Source of the DNA: Octopus sinensis
Lineage: Eukaryota
Reading direction: 5' to 3'
Assembly (NCBI RefSeq): GCF_006345805.1
Contig: NC_043014.1
Location: forward strand, 28,892,001 to 28,956,000
Length of the DNA stretch: 64,000 nt
In this document: piece after piece, positions 51,708-64,000 of the stretch
Layout: each line of letters opens with the position of its first letter
How positions within the stretch are numbered: the first letter of the stretch is position 1
Made by a program: the position numbers and the translations under genes
The notes under the pieces: model-generated
Databases searched by the model: none
What the model saw: the letters and a program-made list of their open reading frames with translations, nothing else
Told to the model about the DNA's origin: nothing

Positions 51708-51825
51708 GATATTCTGATTAAACTTGGCCAGAAATTTCTTCCCATTTACATAAATACTAACGAAAATATTTATATGTCACTATTTGTCTCTGTTGATTTT
51801 TGAACGTTACCTGGATAGATGAGAG
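51708..51825 (+). other. Candidate non-coding (UTR or lncRNA) exon
   Basis: aatttcttttctcccag| and GAG|gtaagt, both near consensus; stops in all three frames; an ATG lies 7 nt before the donor. Confidence 0.35.
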
Positions 51826-53390
51826 GTAAGTAAATAAACAAATATACGTTGCTATAGCGATGATGTTTAGATATTGTTAAATTTAGAATTGTTTCCATTG
51901 ACTTTTCTGCAGTATTGCTTAAGTTGACTGGAGTGCCTTCATTACCTATGCAAACAGTTCACAGCAGACAAATAATCTGTCCAATAAAAACTATTCCGAA
52001 AGGCTACGTTTAGCCATTCAGTCAGTTTATTCGTTTAACACTTAACGAATTTTTGCTCTAGTGAGATGGAGCAAAGTTTGTTTGATAATTCTGATACATG
52101 TTGACAGAGTGCCAAATCCGAGTTTATCGAAAATTTCATAATTGCAAAATTTAATTTTCAAAAGTATTCCTTTAAATTCTTGAATGTGAAATCTTCTATG
52201 ACTTTTTTTATATAAATTCCAAGCAACCAGTTTAAATTCCAAACAACCAGTTTAAATAATCAGTTAATAACTAATCGAAAAGCCAGGCATAAATGCGACG
52301 GACCCAACAAGTAGTCTTGCTGTACATATTGTGGCATAAATATTTTTGCATTATGTTGCTCTTTGATATTTTATGTTACCAGACATAGAATGGAAATAGA
52401 TAATAATAAATTGTAATATTATTGATAGCTTATTAAAAATACATTACATGATTAAAGGTATTACAAAAAATTATTTCAATAAAACAAAACGATAATAACA
52501 CAAAACATACTTATGAAATTATTACATAATTAAGATCAATAAAATATATTAAGGTTATGATCAATACTAATACGATCGACACTGGCAGATTTAATTTTGA
52601 TGAAGATTTTGGCATGTATGCTTGCCATTTTTGCGAAAATGAAACTTGTGTTGCCAATAGCTGCTGGTCACATGTCACTATGTTTCTCATTTTAACATTA
52701 GGAGTCATCCTCGGATTATAGAATGGGAATAAAATCTAGAATATTTCCTACATTGATAAAACAGTGTCTCGGATGTTTTCTTTGACTGCATAATGGTTTG
52801 TAATATACGTTGTATTCTGCGACACAAATTCCATTAAGCCTATCACATGTACGAACTGGGAAGTTCTTTTACTAGAATACATGTTCGTAATTTTATATCA
52901 AACTTGATTTCAGGAAGTCGCCATGTCAGATTCCAGCATCTCTGTCCCTACTAATATAATTTTTGTATAATTTATTTTTAGCGGGTGAGAGTAGGGCAGT
53001 TTCATAAGTTACATCGTCTATAATTGGTCTAGGGAAATAAATTGTCGTTCCTTTAGCAAAGCTGCTTATTCAACATATTATTATTTTCTCCTGTTCTGTT
53101 GTTAACAGGCGTTATTTATAATAATAAAGATACATTTGAGGAATGGTGACGTCAAAGATATAATTTTTGACATTTACATGTATGACTAGAGTGAATTTTT
53201 TTAATGCATCCTAAGTATGCTATGTGTATTGTATGTTTGTGTAAATTATATGCAGGCAGTAAATGTGTATTGTGTATGTATTCTCTGATGTGCGTGGGGT
53301 GTTTGTACTATGTGTATGCGTGGAGGTGTTTTTCATGTATTCTGTTTTCTTAACAGAGCTAATGAAAATGTATACGTTTTATATAAATAC

Positions 53391-53455
<65 letters not shown>

Positions 53456-53704
53456 TTACGTTTTTATTTATGATCAATACATAAAAAAGATCCCTCCCAA
53501 TTTGTAGAAATTTATGACTGATGTTACTATAGCCACTTGCGCCCCTACCTTCTGTTTCTTTGACTTACTTTCTATTTCCAACTTTCTTTAAAATCTGCAT
53601 CTCCCTAACCATGTCTATCAATACCTACTGTAAGAAGATGCAAATTTATTAAAACAGAGAACTCTAAATTAGCTTTTTACTTGGAGTTGATAAAATACAA
53701 ATAT

Positions 53705-54570
53705 AGTGTGCAGGAGGTATTCAAGGACATACTTGGTAATTTAATAAAACGGCTATAATCTAACAAAAAGCAAATGTATTTTAATTAATAAATTGTGCTC
53801 ATGTTTTCGAAAATCTTTGTAATATGATTATTCTATGAACTGCCTTCAGCTTCGGTGACTGCTTCAATGCAGGACCAAAATCGAAAAAATCCCTGCTCTA
53901 AATGGTCCTTGTGCATTTCGGACATCATCTCGACAATATGCCAGTCTTCTGTGAAGCTGTGGTATTGCGATGATGTCAACTAGTCTCCCTTTCAACAACG
54001 TTCAGTACTCTATGGGATTTAAAATCCAGTGAGCTTGGAGGCCACAGGTTTGGTGCTATATCGTCGTAAAGACTGTTTGGCGTCCATTTTTGGATTGCGT
54101 GGGATTTGTGTGAAGGTTCTGAGTCTTGTTGAAATACGTATGAACTTCCATTGCGTACTTCATCCCTCCAGGGCTAAATAACCATCTCCAACACTTCACC
54201 TTATCCAGCAGTATTAATTCTAAGACCATTTGAAAAGTTGTGACCTTTGTTACTCACCTTAAACTTTCACAGCCGCTGGAAAGTTTATGCGTATCATTCT
54301 GGAGACATTAGAAGGATCTGTATAAAACCATCTATAATTTCTCCTGTTAGATTTTTGGTCTTAGTGGAGGTTTTACTCACCAGAAAAGAATCAAAGCATG
54401 CCATGTTCCTGGGGGATTCTAACCTTGTTTAAAAAATCGCTTTTTACTGCTCATGTATTTTCAGACATGAATCAGCTTATCCTCAGTACATACAACTGGT
54501 ATCTACCACATACAACTGGTATCTACCACAGCTCTGATAGTTCACTCCGACACCTCAAGTTCTTTGAAAA
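53705..54570 (-). mobile_element. Tc1/mariner superfamily (maT/DD37D-like) remnant
   Basis: Frameshifted remnants of YVFQQDS.PSHK.., WPPSSLDFKSHRV (WPPSSPDLNP-like) and SFRS..EAVTEAEGSS*. Confidence 0.75.
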
Positions 54571-54639
54571 TGTCCCTTATTGATTTTTTTCGGGATTGTC
54601 ATCGACAATGTTTTTGAACCTGTTTCTAAGCGCTGTGTT

Positions 54640-54648
54640 CCTTACATG

Positions 54649-54681
<33 letters not shown>

Positions 54682-54805
54682 GTCTGTCTGTCTGTATGTA
54701 TGTATGTATGTATGTATGTATGTATGTATGTATGTATGTATGTATGTATGCATGCATGTATGTATGAATGTATGTATGTATGTATGTATCTATCTATCTA
54801 TCTAC
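54640..54805. repeat. Compound (TCTG)n(TATG)n(TATC)n microsatellite
   Basis: Direct reading. Confidence 0.97.
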
Positions 54806-55847
54806 CACATTGGATTATTTTTTTCATTTCCGGTGTTAGGATATTATTTGGAATAGGGGATCTGAAAGAAATAAAATCGTTTTAATTGCTCTGAAAAGAG
54901 TAATGTACAGATAATTAAGTGTCCTCAGATACCCATTGAACCCATAATAAGACCAGAACATGCTCGAGGCTGTCATCGTTTTCCAAGATCAAAAATACTC
55001 CTCACTGTATGTAGTTAATTATATTGTGAATTAATCATTAAGCTAATGGTTAATGATTTTTTCCTCCTCTTGCTTAATGAAGTGAGTCAGAAATGTTTTT
55101 ATTAATCAAAATTTGTTGGCTCACTACCTTTATATGTTAGTACTAAATTAACCAAGTGTTTTCGTTGTAGAGATTCTCCAAGTGTATTTTTTTAATTAGT
55201 CCTTTCATTATCATAACAACGCATTAGTTGTATCTTACTCATCAGTCTTGCGTCAAGAAACCATGTATGAGAAATCCTTCATATTGTTTCTCGACTTACC
55301 AGTAATAATAACCAAATCGCCCTGAAATCACATACTGAAAAACAGTTTTGTTCAGAATGCGTCATGTTAGAAAGGACCACCACTGTAGAAAAGCATCCAT
55401 AATCATGACATCATACCACGTCATATTATATCAGCCACCTCTACACTAAAGGGTACACCCTAGCCTACGATGGAGCATCTCCATAGTTGCCCAACTTGAT
55501 AGAATAACAGATGAATCTCTAATGACACCCAAATGACTTTTTAAAAAGTGATGGAAACAGGGCAATGCAAAAATGCTTAAGGGTTTGGCTCGAATGCCTT
55601 TGCAATGGGTTTATTTGTGCAGGGATCATATAAACATAAACAACCATGGCTAATACACCCACACCCTTAGTCTACACATATCGTATACCAAAGAAAACCG
55701 AACTGCACTTCTATCAGTTGTATCATCACCATGGGGGACCTCTATGTTATCTTCGAGAACTAACAAAAGAACGTATTGGATGACGTAGTCAGAAATGTAC
55801 TTCGGAAAAGACAGGACGATTACTGTTAGATTTAGCTTTCATTGTAG

Positions 55848-55992
55848 ACTGGACTTGATTAAAGCTGATGAAATCAGCAACGACAATCACTACCCACTAC
55901 AAACAAATGAGTGGGCCTCTACGTGGAGAGTCGACCTGAGAGAAATAGGAGCCACGTTTCATTTAAGTTACAACGTAACGTCTAAGAATGAG
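55848..55992 (+). CDS. Candidate coding exon (145 nt, phase 2-0): LDLIKADEISNDNHYPLQTNEWASTWRVDLREIGATFHLSYNVTSKNE
   Basis: tttagctttcattgtag| acceptor and GAG|gtacaa donor; only one frame open; balanced composition in unique sequence. Protein not recognised. Confidence 0.45.
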
Positions 55993-56083
55993 GTACAATG
56001 GACAAAGTCATTCTGAATCCATTTCTGAGTGTATGTATATGTAAATATGTATGTATGCATCTGTCTGTCTGTCTGTCTGTCTA

Positions 56084-56115
<32 letters not shown>

Positions 56116-56124
56116 TCTATCTAT

Positions 56125-56209
<85 letters not shown>

Positions 56210-56268
56210 ATGCGTGTGTGTGTGTGTGCGCGCGTGTGCGTGTGTATGTATGTATGTATGTATGTATG

Positions 56269-56480
56269 TATTGGGTCTTCCCATAAATGATGCGGGTTTT
56301 TTATACTTCTTTTATTTTTTGAAATTTAAGAAAAACAAAGTTACTTTTTAATCTAAAATATACTCTCCTTCATTTTCTACAATGCTCCTCCATCTATTTG
56401 GTTGACTTGCAAGGCTCCTCTTCCAGAATTCACTTGCCCGTGACGAAAAATAATCCTCCAGTACTGAACGCAGCCCACAC
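56269..56480 (-). mobile_element. Mariner 3' end, related to the 44590-45800 family
   Basis: tattgggtcttcccataaatgatgcgg TIR; antisense of ...gagccttgcaagtcaaccaaatagatggaggagcattgtagaaaatgaaggagagtatatt. Confidence 0.85.
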
Positions 56481-57030
56481 CATTACCCCAATCTCTTTCT
56501 TGACACATTTAGGATGGGATTCATCAGTTGGACGGCATCTAACGTAAGTCTTTCCGTCTGATCCAAAGATGAAGAAGCGGGATTCGTCGCACCAAAGAGT
56601 ATTTGATCAGTCTTCGACCGTCCACTCGATCCGCTTCCGACAGTTCGTCTCAGAAATTATCGGCTTCTTTCGAGCGATCCGGCCGAGCTATCCAAATTCT
56701 TTTAGGCGGTTTGCGGTGTAATACTGATGTCAGTTACATCAGATAATTACTTGCAAATGTCCACTGTTGTTAGTATTTGAACACAAGCCAATTTGCTACA
56801 TCCTAATTAGTTACTAATATTCATGAAGGACTCGTTTTGCTGATGAAGCAACATGATCTTTGATCTAGTAACTGAGCTGATATTATGAGGCTTTCCCATA
56901 GCAAATTAATGTGTAACAATGTTCGATTATTAAACAAAACAGTGCAGCACGACCAGCCATATGACCACCCATTTGGTTTATTAATTTGCATAATCTCGGT
57001 ACAGTCTTAAACTTATTTTGCCGACAATTT
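56480..57030 (-). mobile_element. Tc1-like (DD34E-type) transposase remnant
   Basis: Minus strand RLKEFG*LGRIARKKPIISETNCRKRIEWTVED*SNTLWCDESRFFIFGSDGKTYVRCRPTDE. Confidence 0.85.
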
Positions 57031-57293
57031 CTAATCATTTAAATTAATTGCACATCAAAATTATTCGAATTGTAGAGAGATATATAACGCCTATATCATT
57101 CGAAAGAAAAAAAATGTACATAAACTGTAAAAAGTAAAATAATTTTATACAGTTTTTAAAAAATATTTTGATGAATGAAGAGAACTGTCATCAACGGATA
57201 TAAATTTATTTTGGCCAGTGTATATACACGCAATAGGCGAGAGATAGTAATGCTTAGTATTGAAAACATACAGTAGTGCTCCAATGAATTTAG

Positions 57294-57384
57294 AAACTTC
57301 GAATTTTTCATCCCGAGCGAGGCCCAAGGAGTCAAGAGTGGTTAGAGAAATTCAACAAGAACTCATATAGAGACAGTAATGCAA
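57294..57384 (+). CDS. Candidate coding exon (91 nt, phase 0-1): KLRIFHPERGPRSQEWLEKFNKNSYRDSNA
   Basis: Strong CAA|gtaagt donor, weak aatttag| acceptor; only one frame open; phase-compatible with 55848-55992. Confidence 0.35.
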
Positions 57385-57659
57385 GTAAGTATAATCAGGC
57401 TTGACATATATATACACACAAATATATACATATAGAGCAAGAAAGATACAGAAAAAAATATGAGTATACTATGTAATTTCCTAACTTGACAGCTGTTTCA
57501 AGAAGCTCAGAATTATGTAATGATGTAATAATCGTAATAACCATCATTTACATGTGAAATATCTAAAAAAAAAAGTCATAGGTATGTAACCGGTAACAAG
57601 ACACATAGAGATATTACAAGTCCGGCCACCTTCATCAAGAGAAGATTGGCAAAAGCAAC

Positions 57660-57850
<191 letters not shown>

Positions 57851-57874
57851 CTGTATAGTTGGCAAAAATAAGTA

Positions 57875-57995
57875 GGACCTGTATTTCAAAGGGCGAGCCC
57901 GAGAACTACGTTAAGGTAATACTTACATTGGTGAGTTTTCTGTTGATTGGATCAACTGGAACCCTCGTCGTTGTAACCGACAGATTACCAGTTGT
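57875..57995 (+). mobile_element. SINE 3' fragment (family C variant)
   Basis: acctgtatttcaaaggg...cccgagaactacgttaagg...ggatcaactggaaccctcgtcgttgtaaccgac. Confidence 0.55.
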
Positions 57996-58297
57996 ATTTT
58001 TCTATGTATGTGTGCATATATATATTGTATGCATGTATGTATGTATGTATGTGTGTATGTATGTATGTATGTATGTATGTATGTGTATATGTATATATGT
58101 ATGAATTTATGTATATATATTTTATTCTTTTACTTGTTTCAGTCATTTGACTGCGGCCATGGAAGAGCATCACCTTTATATGTGGATATTAATGGATATA
58201 AATGGATAATATCGATATATTTATACACATAAATATACAGACCTATACACATTTATACACATACATATGTAAGCGTGTGTGTGTGTATGTGTGTAGC

Positions 58298-58329
<32 letters not shown>

Positions 58330-58365
58330 ATATAAAGTGTGTGTGTGTGTGTGCGTGTGCATATA

Positions 58366-58414
<49 letters not shown>

Positions 58415-58627
58415 TACATAGATAGATAGATAGATATAGACATAGATATAGATATGTAATACACATGTCATGGACACCGGCGCGGAGGTGATCTGGAATA
58501 TGTCAGCATTTTATACTGATTAATCCTCTCGTATGAATGAGTGTCTGTATATCATGAATAAACAAGTGTACTACATAGGGGTACACACACATACAAACAT
58601 ATATATGTACACACACATACAACACTT

Positions 58628-58662
<35 letters not shown>

Positions 58663-58670
58663 TTATATAC

Positions 58671-58696
<26 letters not shown>

Positions 58697-58717
<21 letters not shown>

Positions 58718-59048
58718 TGATAAAACGGTAAGATAAACAAAAGAAAGAAAGAGACCTCAATATATGTAAATAGAGGAAATTTATCTATACAATATGTTAC
58801 ATTACTCGGTAGTCAAGATAAAACTCTGAGTTTCAGATGCCGAAGTGGAAATCCACAACACCATCTCTTCGGTTATCTGGCTATTTGAAAACGTATGAAA
58901 AAAAAAAAAAAAATTTTTTTTTTTTTTTTTTTTTTCATAACGTTTTCAAATAGCCAGATAACCGAAGAGATGGTGTTGTGGATTTCCACTTCGGCATCTG
59001 AAACTCAGAGTTTTATCTTGACTACCGAGTAATGTAACATATTGTATA
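58697..59048. mobile_element. Penelope-like terminal repeat forming a 263-bp palindrome (58786-59048) with A16/T22 centre
   Basis: About 112-nt arms identical as reverse complements except one indel; each arm carries a hammerhead-like motif. Confidence 0.8.
58956..59018 (+). ncRNA. Minimal hammerhead-like motif (mirror copy on minus strand at 58816-58878)
   Basis: AGATAA-CCGAAGA-(gatg...catc)-t-GAAAC-tcaga-GTT-TTATCT: helix I 6 bp, palindromic helix III ACTC-A-GAGT; non-canonical U4C and one extra T. Confidence 0.55.
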
Positions 59049-59049
59049 T

Positions 59050-59151
<102 letters not shown>

Positions 59152-59269
59152 GTGTGTGTGTATAGCGGTATCATGTTTGAGATGGAAGGGCACATTGGAA
59201 ATACATCACTCCGAGTTAGACAGAAACATAGGACATACACATGTATGCTAGAAATATCAGTCAACTCCT

Positions 59270-59506
59270 ACTCTAATTCTCTTTACTCTCTTTACTCTTT
59301 TACTTGTTTCAGTCATTTGACTGCGGCCATGCTGGAGCACCGCCTTTAGTCGAGCAAATCGACCCCGGGACTTATTCTTTGTAAGCCCAGTACTTATTCT
59401 ATCGGTCTCTTTTGCCGAGCCGCTAAGTGACGGGGACGTAAAAAAACGGCATCGGTTGTCAAGCAATGCTAGGAGGACAAACACAGACACACAAACACAC
59501 ACATAC

Positions 59507-59580
<74 letters not shown>

Positions 59581-59750
59581 TATACAAAGATACGACAGGC
59601 TTCTTACAGTTTCCGTCTACCAAATCCACTCACAAGGCATTGGTCGGCCCGGGGCTATAGCAGAAGACACTTGCCCAAGATGCCACGCAGTGGGACTGAA
59701 CCCGGAACCATGTGGTTGTTTAGCAAGCTACTTACCACACAGCCACTCCT
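59270..59750 (-). mobile_element. SINE family A, full length and young-looking
   Basis: (ctctttact)n tail through ...cttaccacacagccactcct head. Confidence 0.93.
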
Positions 59751-59939
59751 TCAGAAGAAAGGACACATTTTAAAATACAACAGCCCATGTTATACAGAAA
59801 GACAGGATGCATGCTACTTGGACGTCGTTGACAATAACTGCTCAATTAAGACTAGTTAGGGGCAAAACAATAACAACACCAAATACAACCATTATCACCA
59901 ACGCCAACACAACCTCCACCGCATATTGTTGATTTCAAA

Positions 59940-60110
59940 TTTTTCGCACAGGACCATCAATTTCGAGAGAGGTTGTAAGTCGATGATATCGATCCCAGTG
60001 TTCAACTGGTACTTGATTTATCGACCCCTAAAGGATGCAATGAAAGTCGACCTCAGCGGAATTTGAACTCAGAGCTTAAAGACGGACGAAATATCGCTAA
60101 GGTGTTCGCC
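59940..60110 (-). mobile_element. SINE family B
   Basis: gatcccagtgttcaactggtacttgatttatcgacccc...aaagtcgacctcagcggaatttgaactcag. Confidence 0.85.
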
Positions 60111-61037
60111 GCCTTATTATTAATACCACCACCACCACCACCACCACTAGCACCATCACCACAATTCAATACATTAATATGCGAATATCCATCTACAGTA
60201 TCGGGTAGTTACGTGTTAGACAGCATCTCTACCACCATCATCTCCACAGTGAGTTCCACCATGTGAAACATTAGCGCCGCCATCACCACCACACCTAAAT
60301 CTTGTCACTATGTGAAATACCATCATTGTCACTATCACTAGTATACCCATATGTGAAACCCACCACCGCAACCACGCTCATCATTGCATCCAAATTCATA
60401 AACATGTGAAGCATCATTACCACTGTCATCACCGCAACCACCACATACATTCACACGTCCTCTAACACCACTGACTGACAAAACCCAACGCTAATCCGCC
60501 CCTTTTACATTATTAGCTCCCTGTTTTAAAGGGTAAGAAGAAAGCGACGGTAAAAGTGGTCCCTAAACATTTGATTGGCGCCTGTAGTAGACCAATGAAA
60601 TGCAGATATGACGATAGGGGGCGGTGCCGTATGTTCACAGGGATTTTTTTAGTCAACTAGAGCGACTTCCCATTTCTCAAAGTTGGTGTTGTGTGTATGT
60701 ATGTATGTGTGTGTATATGTGTGTGTATGCGTGTGTGTGTATGTGTGTGAAGGCGTGTGTGTGGATATGAATATGTGTGAATATATATGTGTGTTTGTGT
60801 GTGTATGTTTGTGCATACGTGTGAGTATGCGCGCAACTGTGTGCGTAGGTGTAAGGTTTAAAATACCTTCAGTCTTTGAAAACTTTTGGTAATTAGAGGA
60901 CAGGCCATGTGGGAGCAATGCAGTCACTTGCATTACTGGATTTTATCAAAGGCTGTAGTTCGAGTGTTAAAATTTTATCGATGAAATATGACGATAGTTT
61001 TGCCCTGCTAGATATATATACATATCTGTGTGGTGTG

Positions 61038-61076
<39 letters not shown>

Positions 61077-61091
61077 TATATATATTATATA

Positions 61092-61179
<88 letters not shown>

Positions 61180-61201
61180 TAGTATATAGATGTATAATAT
61201 G

Positions 61202-61232
<31 letters not shown>

Positions 61233-61769
61233 ATATAATTTATATATATTATATATATATATATACATATACATATTTACATATATATATATTATATATA
61301 TATATATACACATATACATATTTATATATATATATAATGTGTTGTGTGTTGATGTGTGTGTGTGTGTGTGGTGTGTGTTGTGTGTGTGTGTATAAGGTAT
61401 ATATTATGTACTACCTGAATATCCTACTGGAAATTCATTGTCCATAGGTGGTGACAACCGGTTTGTCCAAACCTATCTGGTGCATATCGTTTAAATAGCC
61501 GATTATGTCAAGAATCCTTATTATATATATTTATGTATGTATATATATATATATGTATGTATATATACATACATTTATGTTTATATATATTATATGTATA
61601 TATGTATATATACATACATTTATGTTTATATAATATATATATATATATATATATAGATATACATACATAAATGTATACATTTGTGTGTAGTCATATATAT
61701 ATATATACATACATACATACATACATACATACATACAAACATACACGTATACATATGTATGTAGCCAAT

Positions 61770-62150
61770 TCCTCCGACTAAAAGGCAATTCAAGGAAGTG
61801 CCCCAGCATGGCCACAGTCTAATAACTGAAAAAGATAAAAGATAAAACATATATATATATACACACACACATATATATCTATATATCTATATATATATAC
61901 AGCTTTTATTTTTTTGTCTGCTTGAATCATTAGACTGCGGCCATGATGGGGGACAACCTTAAAAAGCTTTTTAGTCGGGTGAATCGACCTCAGAAACATT
62001 TTTTTTAAAGACTGGTACTTTTTCTATCGGTCACTTTTTGGCGAACCGGTTGGCTACTGGGACGTATGCAAAGCAACATCAGTTATCGAATGGTGATGGG
62101 GGACAAAAAACAGACACAAAGGTACAAATAAATACACACACACACAGACA
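61770..62150. mobile_element. Two SINE family A tails in tail-to-tail orientation (plus 61770-61850, minus 61900-62150)
   Basis: cccagcatggccacagtctaataactg versus atcattagactgcggccatgatggg. Confidence 0.8.
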
Positions 62151-62158
62151 CACACATG

Positions 62159-62222
<64 letters not shown>

Positions 62223-62293
62223 ATATATATGTATGTATATAGTGTGTGTATATATATGTATATAATATATACATATACATATGAAACATACAC

Positions 62294-62351
<58 letters not shown>

Positions 62352-62394
62352 TATGTATGTATATATGTGTATGTATTCATCTATATATGGGTAG

Positions 62395-62444
62395 TAGATA
62401 GATAGATATATAGATAGATAGAAAGATAGATAGATAGATAGATG

Positions 62445-62479
<35 letters not shown>

Positions 62480-62480
62480 C

Positions 62481-62569
<89 letters not shown>

Positions 62570-62585
62570 GTAGGTAGATAGATAG
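62395..62585. repeat. (GATA)n microsatellite
   Basis: Direct reading. Confidence 0.98.
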
Positions 62586-63081
62586 CAGTTGGGGATAATT
62601 ATAAATGTTTGGTGAAATAACATCAAGTATCAAAATATCGCCAAAACTGATCAACTATTAAGAAATAAATCTTATCGGCTTAAGACAACAGAACAACTGT
62701 GAATAAATGCATCTCACCCGAATACATATATAAGAAGCAGTGTTGTCCTAACATTTCTCGAGCAAATATAATACTTATACATATACATATACATTAAAAG
62801 TAGAACTCGTTATGAAGTAGGTAATTTGTATTGAATTAAAACGAAAATTAACTATGAGAAATAAATCAAAATGGTTGGTGGCATGCATTTGAACAAGAAA
62901 GAATAAATATATGAACATTAAATACATGACTAAATAAATTCTAAAGTTTGCCCTTATAATTCTTGCCTTCCCAGTTGCCAAGTTATTAATTCTCTTAGCG
63001 CATTTTCTTTGAAAATATGCGAGTTTTCTACCTTATAATATATGTGTATAAATATGTATGTGTGTAGAGTGTTTGAGTAGG

Positions 63082-63126
<45 letters not shown>

Positions 63127-63469
63127 TGTGTGTGTGCGTGTGTGTGCGTGCGTGCGAATGTTGTGTAGTTGTGAAGTCCGCTGGAAACAGGTGGTACAAC
63201 TCGTGTGGTGACTACCTAATTGGGACACAAATATGTGTTTCCAATTGTGCTGTAGTTTGAATTTCTTTTTCAAGAAAGAGCATGTCACATTTAGAGAGGT
63301 CTTCATATTTGTAATAGTTTCTCCTCATTTGGAACCTGTCCTATTTGCCTTCTCCTCCAGAAATATTTTCAAATGACCCCAAATTTATCTGTATGGTATT
63401 TAACATGACATATATATATATATGACTTATATATACGACTTTAACATGTCTTATATATCGCTGGTCACA

Positions 63470-63710
63470 ATGCGCTTCGCATTGTTTTAGCCTTCAAATG
63501 AAGCCATCCCGCTGGCTAAGTGAGCAGGCCAACAGAAGAAAGAATGAGAGAAAGTTGTGGCGAAAGAGTACAGCAGGGATCGCCACCACCCTGGGATCCC
63601 CTGCCGGAGCTTTAGGTGTTTTTCGCTCAATAAAAACTCACAACGCCTGGTCTGGGAATCGAAACAGCGATCCTACGACCGCGAGTCCGCTACCCTAACC
63701 TTGGGCTGAT
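63470..63710 (-). mobile_element. SINE family C variant
   Basis: Reverse complement of the 30275 head (ggtctgggaatcgaaac...ccgcgagtccgctaccctaacc). Confidence 0.85.
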
Positions 63711-63879
63711 GTAATCGATTTACATCCATCCCGAAATTTCTGGTCTTGTGCAAAATATGAAGCCAGAATTTAGAAGCAACTAGCAATGCACCTACAGCCA
63801 CACTGTATTATTTGTCCCTTTCTTATGGCCAGAATCGGCACACAAGGTGTATGAAGCAAACAGCTGTTCTTTATAAACA

Positions 63880-64000
63880 TGTTTTTCAATCATTTTCTGA
63901 TGAACAACGCTGCAGTTTCCGTCAACCAAATTCAATCCCAAGTCTGTGGTTGGCCTAGTGCTATAGTAGAGAACACTTGCCCAAGGTACCATGCAGAGAG
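63880..64000 (-). mobile_element. SINE family A head, truncated by window end
   Basis: cagtttccgtcaaccaaattc...gctatagtagagaacacttgcccaagg. Confidence 0.75.

Overview
A 64-kb eukaryotic window dominated by repeats. The dense (TA)n/(CA)n/(GATA)n/(AAT)n microsatellites and the SINE families point to an octopus (coleoid cephalopod) genome; this is inferred from remembered repeat families, not a database search. It looks like intronic or intergenic DNA, with no complete gene, rRNA, true tRNA gene or CRISPR array. Almost all six-frame ORFs are microsatellite translations or decayed transposon pieces. Recognisable elements: about 30 tRNA-headed SINE copies in about 5 families (informal labels A-E); degraded Tc1/mariner transposons; R4/Dong-, RTE- and L1/Tx1-type LINE remnants; two textbook non-autonomous Helitrons; MITEs; degenerate minisatellites; and one 100-N gap. 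Several short plus-strand candidate exons (e.g. 8657-8719, 55848-55992, 57294-57384) may belong to an unidentified host gene. The most striking signal is a set of Penelope-like terminal-repeat remnants with minimal hammerhead-ribozyme motifs. Two of these, from unrelated families, are near-perfect fold-back palindromes (42575-42679 and 58786-59048). Coordinates of degraded elements are approximate and were read by eye.
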